From: Owenia fusiformis
Taxonomy: Eukaryota
Length of the DNA stretch: 64,000 bases
Direction of reading: 5' to 3'
Assembly (NCBI GenBank): GCA_903813345.2
Contig: CAIIXF020000001.1
Span: 10,044,001 to 10,108,000 of the forward strand
Shown here one piece after another: positions 53,801 to 63,570 of this stretch. The translations under genes and the position numbers were made by a program. Each line of letters begins with the position of its first letter. The stretch's first letter is position 1. The notes under the pieces are model-generated. The model saw only the letters and a list, made by a program, of their open reading frames with translations. It ran no database searches and was not told the DNA's origin.

Positions 53801-56343
53801 TCAACTGTAATATGTTTATCAATAACTTTGACCTCTCTGACCTTATATGCCTCAGTCATTTTGACAATTTCCTCTCTCTCATGTGTACTTGTGAGTACAT
53901 AACTGGAAAACATCATTATGTTAAATTGACATGAGTTTAATATATTTTTCATTGTGTTTCAGGTTCACTCATTGTTTTCACTACTGGGTCTGAGCCATGC
54001 ATATGTCACCAACACAGGGCGCCTTGTAGGAGTCATTGCTCTGAGAGAGGTGGGTACAAGGTCTATGTAACATTAGTACATTTAAAGATATCACATTTTT
54101 AGCAAGTTGATAGAATCAAGGAAAAGTTGAATTGATTAAACAAATACTCTGATTTTGAAAAAAATGAATAAAATGTTTTCATGAATTACACTTAAAACTG
54201 ATTTTAGTAATAAGGTCTTACATACAATTTTGAACATGCTTTATTGAAGAGCTTGTTTAATTTACTTCTTCAAAATATTAGGCCATAAGATCCAGATTAC
54301 ATTTTGTTATCGTAGAAGGAGAAACGTAAGAAAAACTGATCCTGATTCTGAACTTCTGCATTTGGAGAAATCTTAGTATAGACTGGAAATATCTATTAAT
54401 GTGTATTATATTACTGTATGAAATATTGTTTTCTTGTTACTCATAGATTCAGAAGGGTCTGTTTGACCATTCTCTGTCTAACACTGTCAGGTAGTACGTT
54501 TGTGCAAACATAATCTCTGTTAATATGTTGTAACAATGTGGTTTACAGATCATTCAAGTTCTGTTATAAATTCGCCCAATTGAGTATATGCTGCGCGGTA
54601 ATTATTACCCATTTTCCAATAACAACCTATATGACCCGTCAATCCCCAAAATGCTAGATCTCATTTTTCAGTTACAACCTATGTGACCCCCAAATCCCTA
54701 AAAATGGTCAAGATGTTCTGAATTATTTGAACCAATGGTCAAATAGAGTAACACATGAATATTAGCCTCATTCTAAAATCAAAAAATAGATAATACAGAC
54801 AGCAATGCAAAACACATATTTTATATATTTCCTGGATAGATTTGAAACAGAAGGTTAACTCGATTCTGCTTATTTTGTTTGATATCTCTAAGTTAACATT
54901 CACTGTGATTTCAATATTGAGCTTTTCAGTTCACTGCGCAAAATGCAATACTTATCTGAAAATAATTGTATTTGAAGTTTGCACTAGGTTTGAAGTTTTG
55001 CACTAAACTCAGCACGTTGTTTGAAATAATCTGATTCTGATTTTTTATCATAACAACATGGCAGTCCATAGTTGAAGGCCCCAGGCGAATCTGGACAATG
55101 TTTGCTCGATGTGATATGATATTTTTTATATTAAAAGTATTTTTGTGAGCCTATGGGATTAGGTAGGCCTTTGTCCATAATTATAGGAGTGTGTTATATT
55201 AACTTAAGTTGTTAAAATGGTGAAAGATTCAATTGCGCAAATAAAAGGTAGTATTATTTGTACATTGAAAGACATTATCCCCACCCATGTCCAGTAGTAG
55301 ACCTCAATTTATAGTTTTCCTTATTCTCATAGTTTTCAGGATTTTCACTGTCTACTCATCTGTTTATCAAACTTCTCTGTAGACTGTTTTAGCTTATTTA
55401 GTACCCCCAGTGTTGACTTACCAAAAATCTAGTGAGCTTATTTCTTCTTGGTATAGGTATAAACTTTTTACAACTACATGTACATTTATCCCATACTTGG
55501 ACACGATTGAGGTACATAAATCAGGTTTGCAAATAGTCAGTGGGCAGGATATAGCTTTACAGGCTGAGTAAACACTTGCACCGAATTTCAGCAATAAGAA
55601 CAATGAGTGTATGGGATAAACAGATCATCCTATAGTCTGTTCAGGATATCGCCCAATATAATAAAACTGCTCTTGGGACCTATGGCCCTCGGGGGAGATA
55701 TGTTATATTCACCTCTGGATAATCTCAATATCCTGAACCTCATATAGGATAATCTATGTGTATATAGTGCTGGATGTTGCTGTACTTCAATTTTACTGTT
55801 GTTTCAAGTAAATAAGGTCTTGGGTGTCTTCATTATAAATATATCATGCAAACACTTTGTTTTATATGCCTCTGGCGCACATAATATTGAGGTAAAAGAA
55901 TTTAATGTAGATTCTATATGTTTTAAATGGCTTGTTTGGTAATGATAAGTGCATGACAAAGGGTAAAGCATCTAGCAAGGAAACAGGGGATGCAAACAAG
56001 TGTACATTCTCTTGGAATAGATTTTTTGATTTAGTACATTTTTTGAACAGTAAACCAGTAAACGTCACTAGTGTCTCCAATATGAGTCTATCATCTACTC
56101 TATGTATTGTGCATTACCCCCAAATGCAACAACCCAAAATTACATTTAGATAATGCAACATGTGCTTGTTATTATTGCATGTTTAATTTTATATGTCAAT
56201 CTTATCTGCAGGTGAGGTTAGCTGTTCAGGGTAATATGAGTCCCACAGTTGAAGGAGATGAAAATTTGGAGCCTAAAGAGCATCACACAGATTCACACGT
56301 CCCTGGCGAATTTCAACTTGATGTACGAGACTCTAGTGCTTAA
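17876..56343 (+). CDS. CLCN2: ClC-2-like voltage-gated chloride channel with two CBS domains
   Basis: Exons 17876-17944 (alternative 23850-23975), 25446-25563, 25754-25894, 29079-29207, 29409-29542, 29804-29881, 30551-30629, 31054-31179, 33952-34036, 34489-34590, 35051-35135, 35428-35580, 35728-35797, 36100-36210, 36364-36461, 36772-36887, 37415-37548, 52015-52211, 52362-52425, 52820-52911, 53353-53457, 53963-54049, 56212-56343. Phases are all consistent (2505 nt). Motifs: [38 protein letters not shown] (Val at the proton-glutamate site, i.e. channel type), [23 protein letters not shown]. Confidence 0.95.
18430..18553. mobile_element. Small MITE remnant
   Basis: ggggcattgtcagaca / tgtctaacaatgccc inverted repeat. 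Confidence 0.45.
19062..20017. mobile_element. Non-autonomous TA-flanked DNA transposon (Tc1/mariner-pogo superfamily)
   Basis: Perfect 24-bp TIR CTGTAGATTGGGTTAATTTGGCGC / GCGCCAAATTAACCCAATCTACAG, TA TSD, repeated aatttggcg subterminal motifs, internal inverted repeat ttggcccccacgtgat. Confidence 0.88.
20904..21323 (+). mobile_element. Hairpin-plus-short-IR non-autonomous element
   Basis: About 150-bp hairpin (20904-21053) with GCGAAGC apex, then a body bounded by ttattatcctacactt (21050-21065) / aagtgtaggataataa (21308-21323). Three internal repeats of cggagtatatcgtcacgatatcctccg. Confidence 0.7.
23850..23975 (+). CDS. Alternative ClC N-terminal exon 1b (MAGALNDL...LDYVRTL)
   Basis: ATG plus 42 codons ending in YVRTL|gtaggt, phase 0, parallel to exon 1a YEQTL|gtatgt. 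Confidence 0.7.
24310..25140. mobile_element. Two long hairpins (about 24310-24498 and 24991-25140) of the hairpin-element type
   Basis: Imperfect palindromes with apices gagcgcagcg and cgctacgc. The second is homologous to 20904-21053 and about 27512-27640. Confidence 0.6.
30056..30431. mobile_element. MITE with 24-bp TIR (Kolobok-like AG..CT/TTAA ends)
   Basis: AGGACGATTCTCGGTTTGGAGAAC / GTTCTCCAAACCGAGAATCGTCCT|TTAA. The left TSD reads CCAA. Internal direct repeat of about 115 bp. Confidence 0.75.
31346..31684. mobile_element. Probable MITE with internal taacctgttt repeats
   Basis: tatgtatc..ccccagc..caggttaa / ttaacctgctggaggatacata imperfect inverted ends. Confidence 0.45.
31800..31808 (+). 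CDS. Candidate 9-nt ClC microexon (adds Asp-Ala-Gln)
   Basis: ttctgtttattttacctag|ATGCGCAAG|gtatgt; symmetric phase 1, no stop introduced. Confidence 0.65.
33219..33923 (+). mobile_element. Hairpin-plus-short-IR non-autonomous element
   Basis: About 170-bp hairpin 33219-33387 with apex gccgcaggc; body bounded by ttattatataccc (33390-33402) / gggtatataataa (33911-33923). Confidence 0.72.
37807..38883 (-). CDS. Intronless class A (rhodopsin-family) GPCR, copy 1, 358 aa
   Basis: Seven hydrophobic segments; GN, LAIAD, DRY, CWGP, NPIIY; N-terminal N-glycosylation sequons. Confidence 0.93.
   Translation of the reverse strand: MAINTSTLDAFDSANNNTGSNVTTLPFKEALGFMSLCFVMIFSIVFGNALVIAAYRANVSLRTVSNYFILQLAIADLFAGISGLYNILWLLSQIFPSINTDNFIICVIGQICFGIPSFASLLLLLCITIDRYIAIFQPLQYKTIVTKKRARIAVLAVWIGVITITTVSITDWYFVLQQSNEKQDCIYSENLEEDTIILELLYAPMFLTVFISILIMYIRILNVARKQLNKKANRNTNTEQSDGTSLKNNLKVLKTACIVIGLFFLCWGPFVIMVSIEIWGKTFKWSTVKTSFFNDSTNLSIFYISCALVLVNSSINPIIYAVRLNEFKIAFKKILCRDNPHESNNIAMANSPHGLSER
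39505..41655 (-). pseudogene. GPCR fragment (TM5-ICL3-TM6) interrupted by a LINE
   Basis: About 39505-39696 plus 41596-41655 join into a sequence collinear with the paralogues ([33 protein letters not shown]). Confidence 0.85.
39697..41589 (+). mobile_element. Degraded 5'-truncated non-LTR retrotransposon (RTE-X-like by C-terminus and TA tail)
   Basis: Broken ORF pieces with [55 protein letters not shown]; (TA)n tail; TSD TTTCTA at 39691-39696 and 41590-41595. Clade assignment is tentative. Confidence 0.85.
41775..42820 (-). pseudogene. GPCR copy 2, frameshifted by a 10-bp deletion in TM5
   Basis: ORFs 42194-42820 and 41775-42182 together cover the whole receptor. Paralogues read atgaaaaca-gttagaaaca-ttgg where this copy reads atgaaaaca-ttgg (junction near 42204). 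Confidence 0.88.
43428..43518 (+). repeat. About three copies of a 31-bp tandem repeat (tcaaccccaagtcaactcaatccagtaaaac)
   Basis: Read directly from the sequence; probably a transposon end remnant. Confidence 0.8.
43903..43966 (+). pseudogene. tRNA-derived sequence (SINE head or tRNA pseudogene)
   Basis: A-box TGGTGTAATGG and B-box GGTTCGAGTC at tRNA-like spacing. Acceptor and anticodon stems do not pair well. Confidence 0.6.
44011..44800. mobile_element. Kolobok-like MITE nested inside the Harbinger-like element
   Basis: TTAA|AGGGTCTAGTGC..ccattatgatttccccatgaacaaaa / ttttgttcatggggagatcataatgg..GCACTAGATCCT; internal palindrome about 44275-44378. Confidence 0.75.
45461..46483 (-). CDS. 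Intronless class A GPCR, copy 3, 340 aa (C-tail shortened)
   Basis: Close paralogue of copies 1 and 2; DRY, CWGP and NPIIY intact. Confidence 0.9.
   Translation of the reverse strand: MTNKMANNTSVLDALDSADNNTVSNATTLPFKEALGFMTLCFVMTFGIVFGNALVIAAYRANVSLRTVSNYFILQLAVADLLAGTSGLYAILWLMSQIFPSIYTDNFIICAIGQFCFNIPSFASLLLLLCITIDRYIAIFQPLQYKTIVTKKRARIAVVASWIGVITITTVTIIDWYFVQKQSKEKQDCVYRANFEEDTRILEFLYAPMFLTVFISILIMYIKILNVARKQLKKKANRNTNTEQSDGTSLKNLRVLKTACIVIGLFFICWGPFIIVVSTEIWGKTFPNSTVKTLFDDSTYLTIYYICCLLVLVNSCMNPIIYAVRLNEFKIAFKKILCRQ
46790..47510 (+). mobile_element. Degenerate HINE-like repeat; related decayed pieces near 49150-49570, 51690-51930 and 53640-53860
   Basis: Repeated aaaatggcc/caccattttt/tttggttca units as in 10342-11486, and tgacct/aaggtcaa units in the related pieces. 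Confidence 0.5.
47565..48578 (-). CDS. Intronless class A GPCR, copy 4, 337 aa
   Basis: GN, LALAD, DRY, CWFP, NPIIY. Confidence 0.92.
   Translation of the reverse strand: MENNSSLAARGYRNMASLHGFSVAVPIMSLLCLITFSIVFGNALIISAYRNNQALRTVSNFLILQLALADISAGLSAVYGGIYQVLPFEYIENFAMCAIGQIVMGVPCFVSLLILLCITLDRYIAIFRPLQYKTIVTNVTKKRARIAVMAVWIGTLSVIAISIVDWYFDLKKRGRSHCVHGNDFENDSRVIGLLYAPMFTTVFISILIMYIRILKVARKQLTKNANRNTNNEQTDRTSLKNNLRVLKTACIVIGLFFLCWFPFVVTVTIEIWQTALHLPTFKAFIPNNNFLYLYYMSFLLVLSNSFMNPIIYAVRLKEFNNAFKNMLCRNNYRTLYL
49759..50832 (-). CDS. Intronless class A GPCR, copy 5, 357 aa (most divergent)
   Basis: GN, LALAD, DRY, CWFP, NPIIY. Confidence 0.92.
   Translation of the reverse strand: MENNTKIPQMIFAPVGYSNMFAIHGTALGVFIIICMFVMTFAIIFGNALIISAYRNNQALRTVSNFLILQLALADISAGLSGVYGVTYQILPIEYIKDFAWCAIEQLVMGIPCFVSLLLLLCIALDRYIAILHPLHYPMIVTIERVKIAVIVIWTGICLLVVSSCVEWYLNLQRQGKLHCMDGIDKEYDSKVLGFSYAPMFFTVFIFVSIMYTKILYVARKQLTQQANVNTNSEQSIGTSLKRNLKILKTACIVIGLFFICWFPFVVIVSTELWGEALDLPTFKDVLTEPRTSIMRNMSFMLLLSNSFMNPIIYAVRLKEFRNAFKSILSRNNNIAHESEGRGTTNSQQLSNLQSRS
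54447..54494 (+). CDS. Candidate alternative terminal ClC exon ([15 protein letters not shown])
   Basis: Acceptor ttgttttcttgttactcatag; phase 0 after exon 53963-54049; open for 15 codons to TAG. Confidence 0.45.
   Translation: MQKGLFDHSLSNTVR
55485..55760 (-). mobile_element. Reverse-oriented degenerate hairpin-plus-short-IR element
   Basis: tttatcccatac (55485-55496) / gtatgggataaa (55609-55620), followed by an imperfect hairpin at about 55621-55757. Confidence 0.55.
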
Positions 56344-57627
56344 GGATTATGTGTTACCTATTATGTTAATAGAGATTGTATTACTGGTGCAATGTTTCAA
56401 GCTATTATTGCTAATGCATTGCTAGACACCACTGCGTTTTCATCATTATATTGAAATGAATGGTCACAGAATTCATCCTGGACTTGTTTAACATTGTGTG
56501 AAATGGATTGTCTCAACAGTTCCATTTAACAATTCATGCTTTAAAAAGCAGATTTCAAAATTGAATTTGCATTTCACAGAAACCTTTCAGAAGTTTACCA
56601 CTGAAATGTACAATGGTTAAATGAACATAAAAATGATTCAAATGCATAAATATTTTATTCCACATAAATATTTTGGAATGTAGGCTAGGCTATATTAACA
56701 GTAATATTGCATTATAGTCCTTTCTCAAAAATGGGCTTCTTTCTGTTACTTTTATTGATCCATCCAGAGGATGTGTCATTATTATGAAATATTTGGGACC
56801 AGCTATAACATGATACTGTGTATATAGCCCATAGTAGTATACCATGAATATCCTGGTCAACAAATTGTTAAAAAAGAAAGATTTGAGACTCATTCTGTCA
56901 AGAATATCTTATATCTAAATTGCTAAATAGGCATATTTCTGTACTTACACTTAAGGAAATATATTATATTAAATAGAGATCCCTCCATGGGATACACCCT
57001 GGATATGAATAGATATAAAATTGTGTGATATTGAATACATCAAGTAACATCGATGCTAACACTAGTGTCTCACACAAATCATGAGCCATGGGGGTAAACT
57101 CGTCATGTAAGTGCCCGCATAATATAATAATTAAAGACATTGAGTGTTACTAGGTTTTTGATTGACCAGTCAAATTGTTACTAGGTTGCAAACTGTCTCA
57201 TCAGTGATTTGAGTTATGTATGGCTTCGATGAACTCTATAGTACTATTTGTTAAACCCCCTATAACAAGAAAAAGTATTGGGTAAAAATTTACATTTTTG
57301 AGCATTCCACTTCGCATTGATTAGCCTTTTTAACATGTAAAGTCAATGAGAGCCTATGTATAGGCATTTAGGCGTTCTTCCATAATACTTATTTTTGAAA
57401 TAAAGATGGTGCCTTTATATTATATAAAATAGAGATAGAGACATTGGAGAAGTATTTCTTTCCATTTTACTTAGCTAAAGATACTTTTACTGGTTTTAGG
57501 TCGCATACTTATGATTTACTTTACATGTTGTACATAATTTGATATTGCTGTTTGGTGTTGACTTGCCTTAAATGATAGAATGAAAGATTGTAGAGTTTTA
57601 ACCAATTACTTGATGAATGTTCAGGAA

Positions 57628-57800
57628 TACCTGAAACACCTTTGTAAGTGGAACACCTCCATAAGCGGAACACTCTTTTGGAGTCCAGTTACCATATTGA
57701 CTTATGTAAAATCAACCTATGTAAGTGGAATACTGTACCTTGCAAGTGGAACACTTCTGAGGTACCACAGGCATTCCACTTACATGGCTTTCGTTGTATA
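57628..57800. mobile_element. Degenerate copy of the pogo-like MITE family (aagtggaacac repeats)
   Basis: Shares repeated aagtggaacacct units with 61256-61438 and 7352-9140; partial copies also near 29584 and 41660. Confidence 0.6.
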
Positions 57801-58933
57801 TTTTATAAGCTTAAGACATTTACAATGCAATGCCAGGCTCTTAGTCAGGATTTGCCAAGGGGGTGTCCACCTTTAGATATGTTTAACAGGTTGTGCTGAT
57901 TGCTAAGTCACTGTAAATATATAAAAATGTATCTATGTATTTCTATATAGATGGAGCATGTTAACGCAGTGAATTGCTGGTATATTTCAATGAACTGCGC
58001 TGCAATGTTTAATTTGAAAGAATGTACATAGATGTAATGTAACTTCAACAATTACTGTAATTGCAAGAGCACAAAATAGCACATTTGTGCTTCAAATAAA
58101 GAAGATTAATATATATAATTATTTATTATCATGTTTATTTCTATAATTGTATAAAAACAGTTTAAATCTTTTCATTAATATATGAGTACATCACTTTGGT
58201 CTATAAAATATTTCCATATTTTAAATTAAAAAAATAATTTCTTTAAAATTTCATGAAAATCATATTGAACACTTGTTGTAGTTCGTTCGTTGGATACATT
58301 AAATTACATTAAAATACATTGTAATTATGTATCACGATTACAATGACATTGATACACACCAGTAAGATCAATAAATGTAATGACAACTGTAGCCTAACTA
58401 CATATTAATATAATATTAATACTGATTGCTCAATTTCTTAATGTCCATGGACTGACAGAAACAAACATGAATTTGAAATATAGAAATGACATTGACATGA
58501 GAATGAAATTTTGTACATAATGAAAATATGGGCAAGATTATACATAATCATGATTTTTGGTTTATATAAATACTGATTCAAAACATATTGCATCGCTGAT
58601 TTTGAAATACTATGTACACATTATTAATAGTCCCCTTTCGCTAGGGTATATCTCTTTGGATTGTTCAGCTATCCTGAGATTTCAGCTACTGTTCATAACA
58701 ATATAAAAGTATATGATGAATCATCGTAAATTTGGCTGACATTATGGCTTGTTCTCAATTTCATATGACTTCATGGTGATACTCTTCTAATCTTTTAAAT
58801 TGGAAGATATTAAAACATGATTAAGGGCGATTTATCTCATATCTGCCTGCTTTAAAGCTTTGTCATCACTGCATATTATGTGGAAATCATTAAAACCATT
58901 CCTTTTAATAATCCAAGTTTGAGAGATTCAGAT

Positions 58934-61900
58934 TTATGCAATAGTTGCGGCCCTCTGAGCTGCAAACTGCGGTGTATCGTTGTATGAATAGCTGTATTTG
59001 TTAGGTGCACCAGGCTCAACAATATACACTTTGTCCTTTGGTCTAATGTCTTTTCCTCGTATCCTTTCCTTGAGGAATTTCTCCATAGTGGCATTTGGTT
59101 TAGCAGTCTTTGATCTGAATATACTGTCGTGTCCATTCTTGTGTTGGGCCTCTTCCCATTTTTGGATATCATAGCGACCTGCACCAACTGGGTTCTGCAA
59201 TAAACAAATATTTTATAAGATTCTGTACCTCTTAGTAATGATGCCAAAACCATGAGCCCCAGTTCATCTATTCAGTTAAACATATCATTTACACCCTGGA
59301 ATAGATTTTGATATTAACAACTTTAATGTACTTACAAAGTTCCTAGTGAAGAATTTCTGTGATAGTCTGTCATTTCTCTGTGCAGAAGAGAGGAAGCCTG
59401 GTGAGAACTTCGCCTGCATCAATGGTTTTGTCTGAGCTTTAGGATCATATTGACCTGGGCCAGGGAATGTCTGAAAACATTAGACATAAATCTTTCATAA
59501 ATCTCAATACTCATACTAGGATAGCACAAATTATTGCAATAGACCATAGCTTATTACAATATGCCATGGAGCTCTATAGCAAGAGCATAAACGGATTCGT
59601 AAGCAATGTTATAATGCATGATTCCGAACTGAATAACTAATAATCAGATCAAGTGACTTTTTATTGAAATTGAACTGCACTTTGCAATGCATACATATAG
59701 CACTGAAAATTACTTGTAGTATTAATAAGCCATGTACTTACAGCTTCTTTAGGGCATTGTGATAGAGTATGGCTGAATATTCTCTCTGAGTTAGAAGTAG
59801 GGTATTGTGCAACTTTGCCAAACTTTCCTTGTTTCTTCTTGTGTTCATTTACCAGTTCTTCATTGAACGACTTGATCTCATACTGCCCTGGGCCAAGATT
59901 GGCATTTTGCTGAAATAGGGAAAAGATACTGTTATTAAAAATGCATCCAGTCATGAAAATTATATCCATAATGGGCCTCTAGACTACTCCTGTCTAAATA
60001 CATATTGGTACATTACAAAAACTTAAATACAAGAAATACAAGAGCTTAAATAAATAACTATTATCTGTTCACCATGTAAACTATGATTTATACTCATTTG
60101 GGTTTTACTTTGTTGTTTATTATCTTTTAAAATTCTTAATATAAATAACTACTAATAGTACTAGACAAATGAACTACTTACAGGTGCTGCGAGATGGCCA
60201 GTTTTGATTGGTTTATTTCTGTCGCCACTGAACAGATCATAAGGACCTCTTACACTTGTAAGTTTTTTATGTAAAACATCTGTGAAACTGTCAAACTGGT
60301 AGCTGCCAGGTCCAAGATCTGAGCCCTGAAATAAATGAAAGACATCATCATCTGAATCAAGAATGGGAGAACACAGTGAAGACACATGAAAGAAACCATC
60401 AACAGATACACTGCTTCATCTGAATCAACAATTGATTACTTGTTTTACTATCTCTTTCAATTCACGATTAACAGAGAATACAAGAGAAATTTTACACAAG
60501 GGAACCAACAAACAGACATCCTACATGTATACCATCTGAATCATCTGAATTAGGTATTCATGTTTACTATTTATTTTAAATGATGAGTAGTAAAACAACT
60601 TACCACAGTTGGAAGTGACCTTGGGAAGGATGAGCCTGCATCTAGGAGACCTATTGTGCTTATAGATTTCTTATCTTTCACTTCAATAGCTGAATGTGGG
60701 ATGCCTCCATCGCCATATGTGCCTGGTCCTGGTGTTACATTCTGAAAGAAGAGTTGGGAAATGTAAAAATTGCCATGTTGAATGGGACTATAGTACATTC
60801 AAACAAATGATGCAAATAACAGTTGAAAAGAGATGGATACTCTTTAAAGAGAGAATCAGAGATAGCGAGCAGGCTAAACAAAAAATTGTTACAATTTTAG
60901 AATATTTTTGGCTCATGTCATTCCTTGTCATGTCTATTTTCTAAAAATCACAAAAGTGCATACTTTATTCAAGGAAAACTAAAGAATTTTACAATAATGT
61001 ATTATTTTTTGGTTACCATTCTTATTATTTGGGAGAATTTAAACATTTTTCACCAATTTTTGCACTTTGAATCATTAATAACTTCACCAATTTATAACAT
61101 ATTGTGAATCTTTTAGGAGATATTGTATTTGATATTGTAAGGAATAGATTGGTAGGTTAATTATGCAAGTTGCTTGTAATTTTGTCACCCCCTATAGATC
61201 TGATTCTGCCTTTAATAACTAATTATAAAAAAAGTTATTTGCCTATATTTATGTACAGTGAAATCGGCAAAGTCCAACACCTATAGAAGTGGAACACCTC
61301 TGTTAGTGGAACACTTTTCAGAGTCCCAAGACTAACTGACTTCAATGTTAAATGAACCTCTATAAGTGGAACACCTCTCAAGTGGAACACTTTTTATTTA
61401 TAAGTAGCAAAGGTGTTCCATTTAGATAGGTTTTACTGTATTTCATTTAAGTTGTATGAGTGTATAAATGTATGATGACATCATCATTTGTTGATAGCAG
61501 CTGTAGTTATTGTAAAATACGAAAATCAAACTTACGCTCATTGTAACTGGTTCTTTAAATCTTTTGTCTTTTGTTTGGCAAATTCCTCTCATACTACGAG
61601 GCTTTTCATCAGATGATTCCAAAAAATCTTTGATTTCATAACTACCAGGCCCCAATTTTCTTTTCTGAAAAATTAAATTCCTTCATATTAAATAATTGAA
61701 CATGTTATGTACTTAAGCTACAGTATTACTCTATTTCATTTGTACTGTCGCTGTACTGTATTTTATTGTTTTTGTCTGAAGTGGTCTTTTATCAATAAAA
61801 AGTGCTGGGTAGGGAAATGAACATTCCCTTTGCATTATAGATCAATTAAATCAAAGCTTTACCTTAATTTCAACTTACTAATAAGTATTGATATTGTAAT

Positions 61901-63177
61901 AGTGTATTGATTTTCTTTGAACAAGGGTCTAATTTATCAATAAAGGTGCTGGGTTGTGAAATGAACATTCCTTTTGCTTTATAGATCAATTAACCCAAAG
62001 CTTTAGCTTCATTTCAACCTACCAATAAACGCTTTAATTCCCATTGTTCTTTATGTAGTAGATGTGGCAATGCAGCCATACGTGCTACTTCATAAGCCCT
62101 TGCCCAGCCCGGCCCATCTGCCCTTTCTTCTACAGCCTGTGCATTAAAACTACCCGTCTCAACATTGTAGCTACCTGGGCCCAACTTTTTACTCTGAAAA
62201 TACAAAGTAGACAAAAATAGTGATCCATAAAGACTACAACAGTGCAGAAGATAAAATGTCTGCATTTCAACATTTCCTAGTAACATGAAATTTGAGTAAA
62301 ATTGGAAATACTATTTTTTGACAAGTATTTAGAATTGCATTAACAATATTACAAGCTTCAATAATTATATAAATTCAACTTGTGAATGTTTAATATTATT
62401 CACTATAAAATATTTATGTATACTGTGCATGTATATAAACGGAATATAAAAGCATCCATTATTTTCATGGACTGGTTAATTAGTCATATTGTAGTAAAAA
62501 TCATGTTATTTACCAGTGTACTCGTTGCTTTTCTGCAATAAGGAGTCTGTGTGAATGTTCCTGGCATTTTACTCTTTGGATGAACACCTGATACATCAAA
62601 CCTGAAAATCAAAATTAACATACCTTTTACAGTTCTTATTGTCATGTAGAATATGTCATATTAGAATGGACATATTTTAGAAGTCCATATTAATAGGAGT
62701 AAATTTGTTATTCATGGTATATACATTGTAAATAGGGGCTAGATTACTAGATATTGAGGTGGCAAATACTCCACATATGGCAGAATTTTTCTTGGGAAAT
62801 ACGTCCTAAAGATCACTGTCTTTAGGAGGTATTTCCTAATAAAAATTCTGATATCTATGAAATACTTGTCTATGATTAATTATTTCATGTAATGGGTAGA
62901 TCTACTTGGTTACCCAAAAAGGAGGCTATAAACCATCACAAGCCTAATCTAGATTATTTGACTAGTTTGTCCATTTGATAAAGCTATATTAAGTATGGAC
63001 ATCAGGGTAAAAACCAGGTCAATTACTGTGTTGAACAAAGTTGGAAGTTGCTTATCATTCTCAGATTCTGGCCTGAACTGAACATCAACATTGAAGTTGA
63101 ACATCATGAACATTATAAATATTTTACCTTGCTGTCTGAGTCCCAAATGGGCATCCCTTGAACTTCTTATCAGCCAT
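58934..63177 (-). CDS. CIMAP2: Lymphocyte expansion molecule / ciliary microtubule-associated protein 2 homologue with PGPGxY repeats
   Basis: Exons 63177-63128, 62601-62514, 62193-62023, 61664-61536, 60741-60604, 60325-60182, 59909-59742, 59470-59336, 59194-58934 (1284 nt, GT-AG, phases consistent). KFKGCPFGTQTARFDVSGVHP, GWARAYE..R...LPH, LGPGSYEIKDFLE and RGPYDLFSGDR match my recollection of LEXM/C1orf177; confirm by BLAST. Confidence 0.88.
61256..61438. mobile_element. Intact pogo/Tigger-like MITE
   Basis: TA|CAGTGAAA ... TTTTACTG|TA, with internal aagtggaacac repeats. Confidence 0.8.
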
Positions 63178-63316
63178 CGTTAGTTAGAATTAATCCTTAT
63201 GATCCTTGCGTGATGATCCGATGTGATATGGCTAATTTCACAACATTTATAGTGAGATAAACTAGAAAATCGAAGCGGATTACAACGCTGGTAGCACTCT
63301 TACTTTTGATTACAAT

Positions 63317-63570
63317 GCTCACATGACAACGGCCTCAATAATATCTAAAAGTAAAACTGCAAAAACGAAATTGTACTATTAATAATGTTTTCACGATTTA
63401 ATGATCGTTAATTTTGGGAAAAGTTAATGATTTTCTTTCAAATGAAGTTGTTGTTGTATATTTTATTAAATGTTGAGATTTTAAGCATATTGAAAAAACA
63501 ATTTCCAATGTAAATTCCCTTGCGGAGTTTGACATTTTGATGACGTCATATGTAAACAGAAAAGCACGTG
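63317..63570. promoter_or_regulatory. Putative CIMAP2 upstream motifs: X-box-like, CRE, forkhead site, E-box
   Basis: GCTCACATGACAAC (63317-63330; 10/14 match to GTTGCCATGGCAAC), TGACGTCA (63541-63548), TGTAAACA (63551-63558), CACGTG (63565-63570). Confidence 0.4.
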
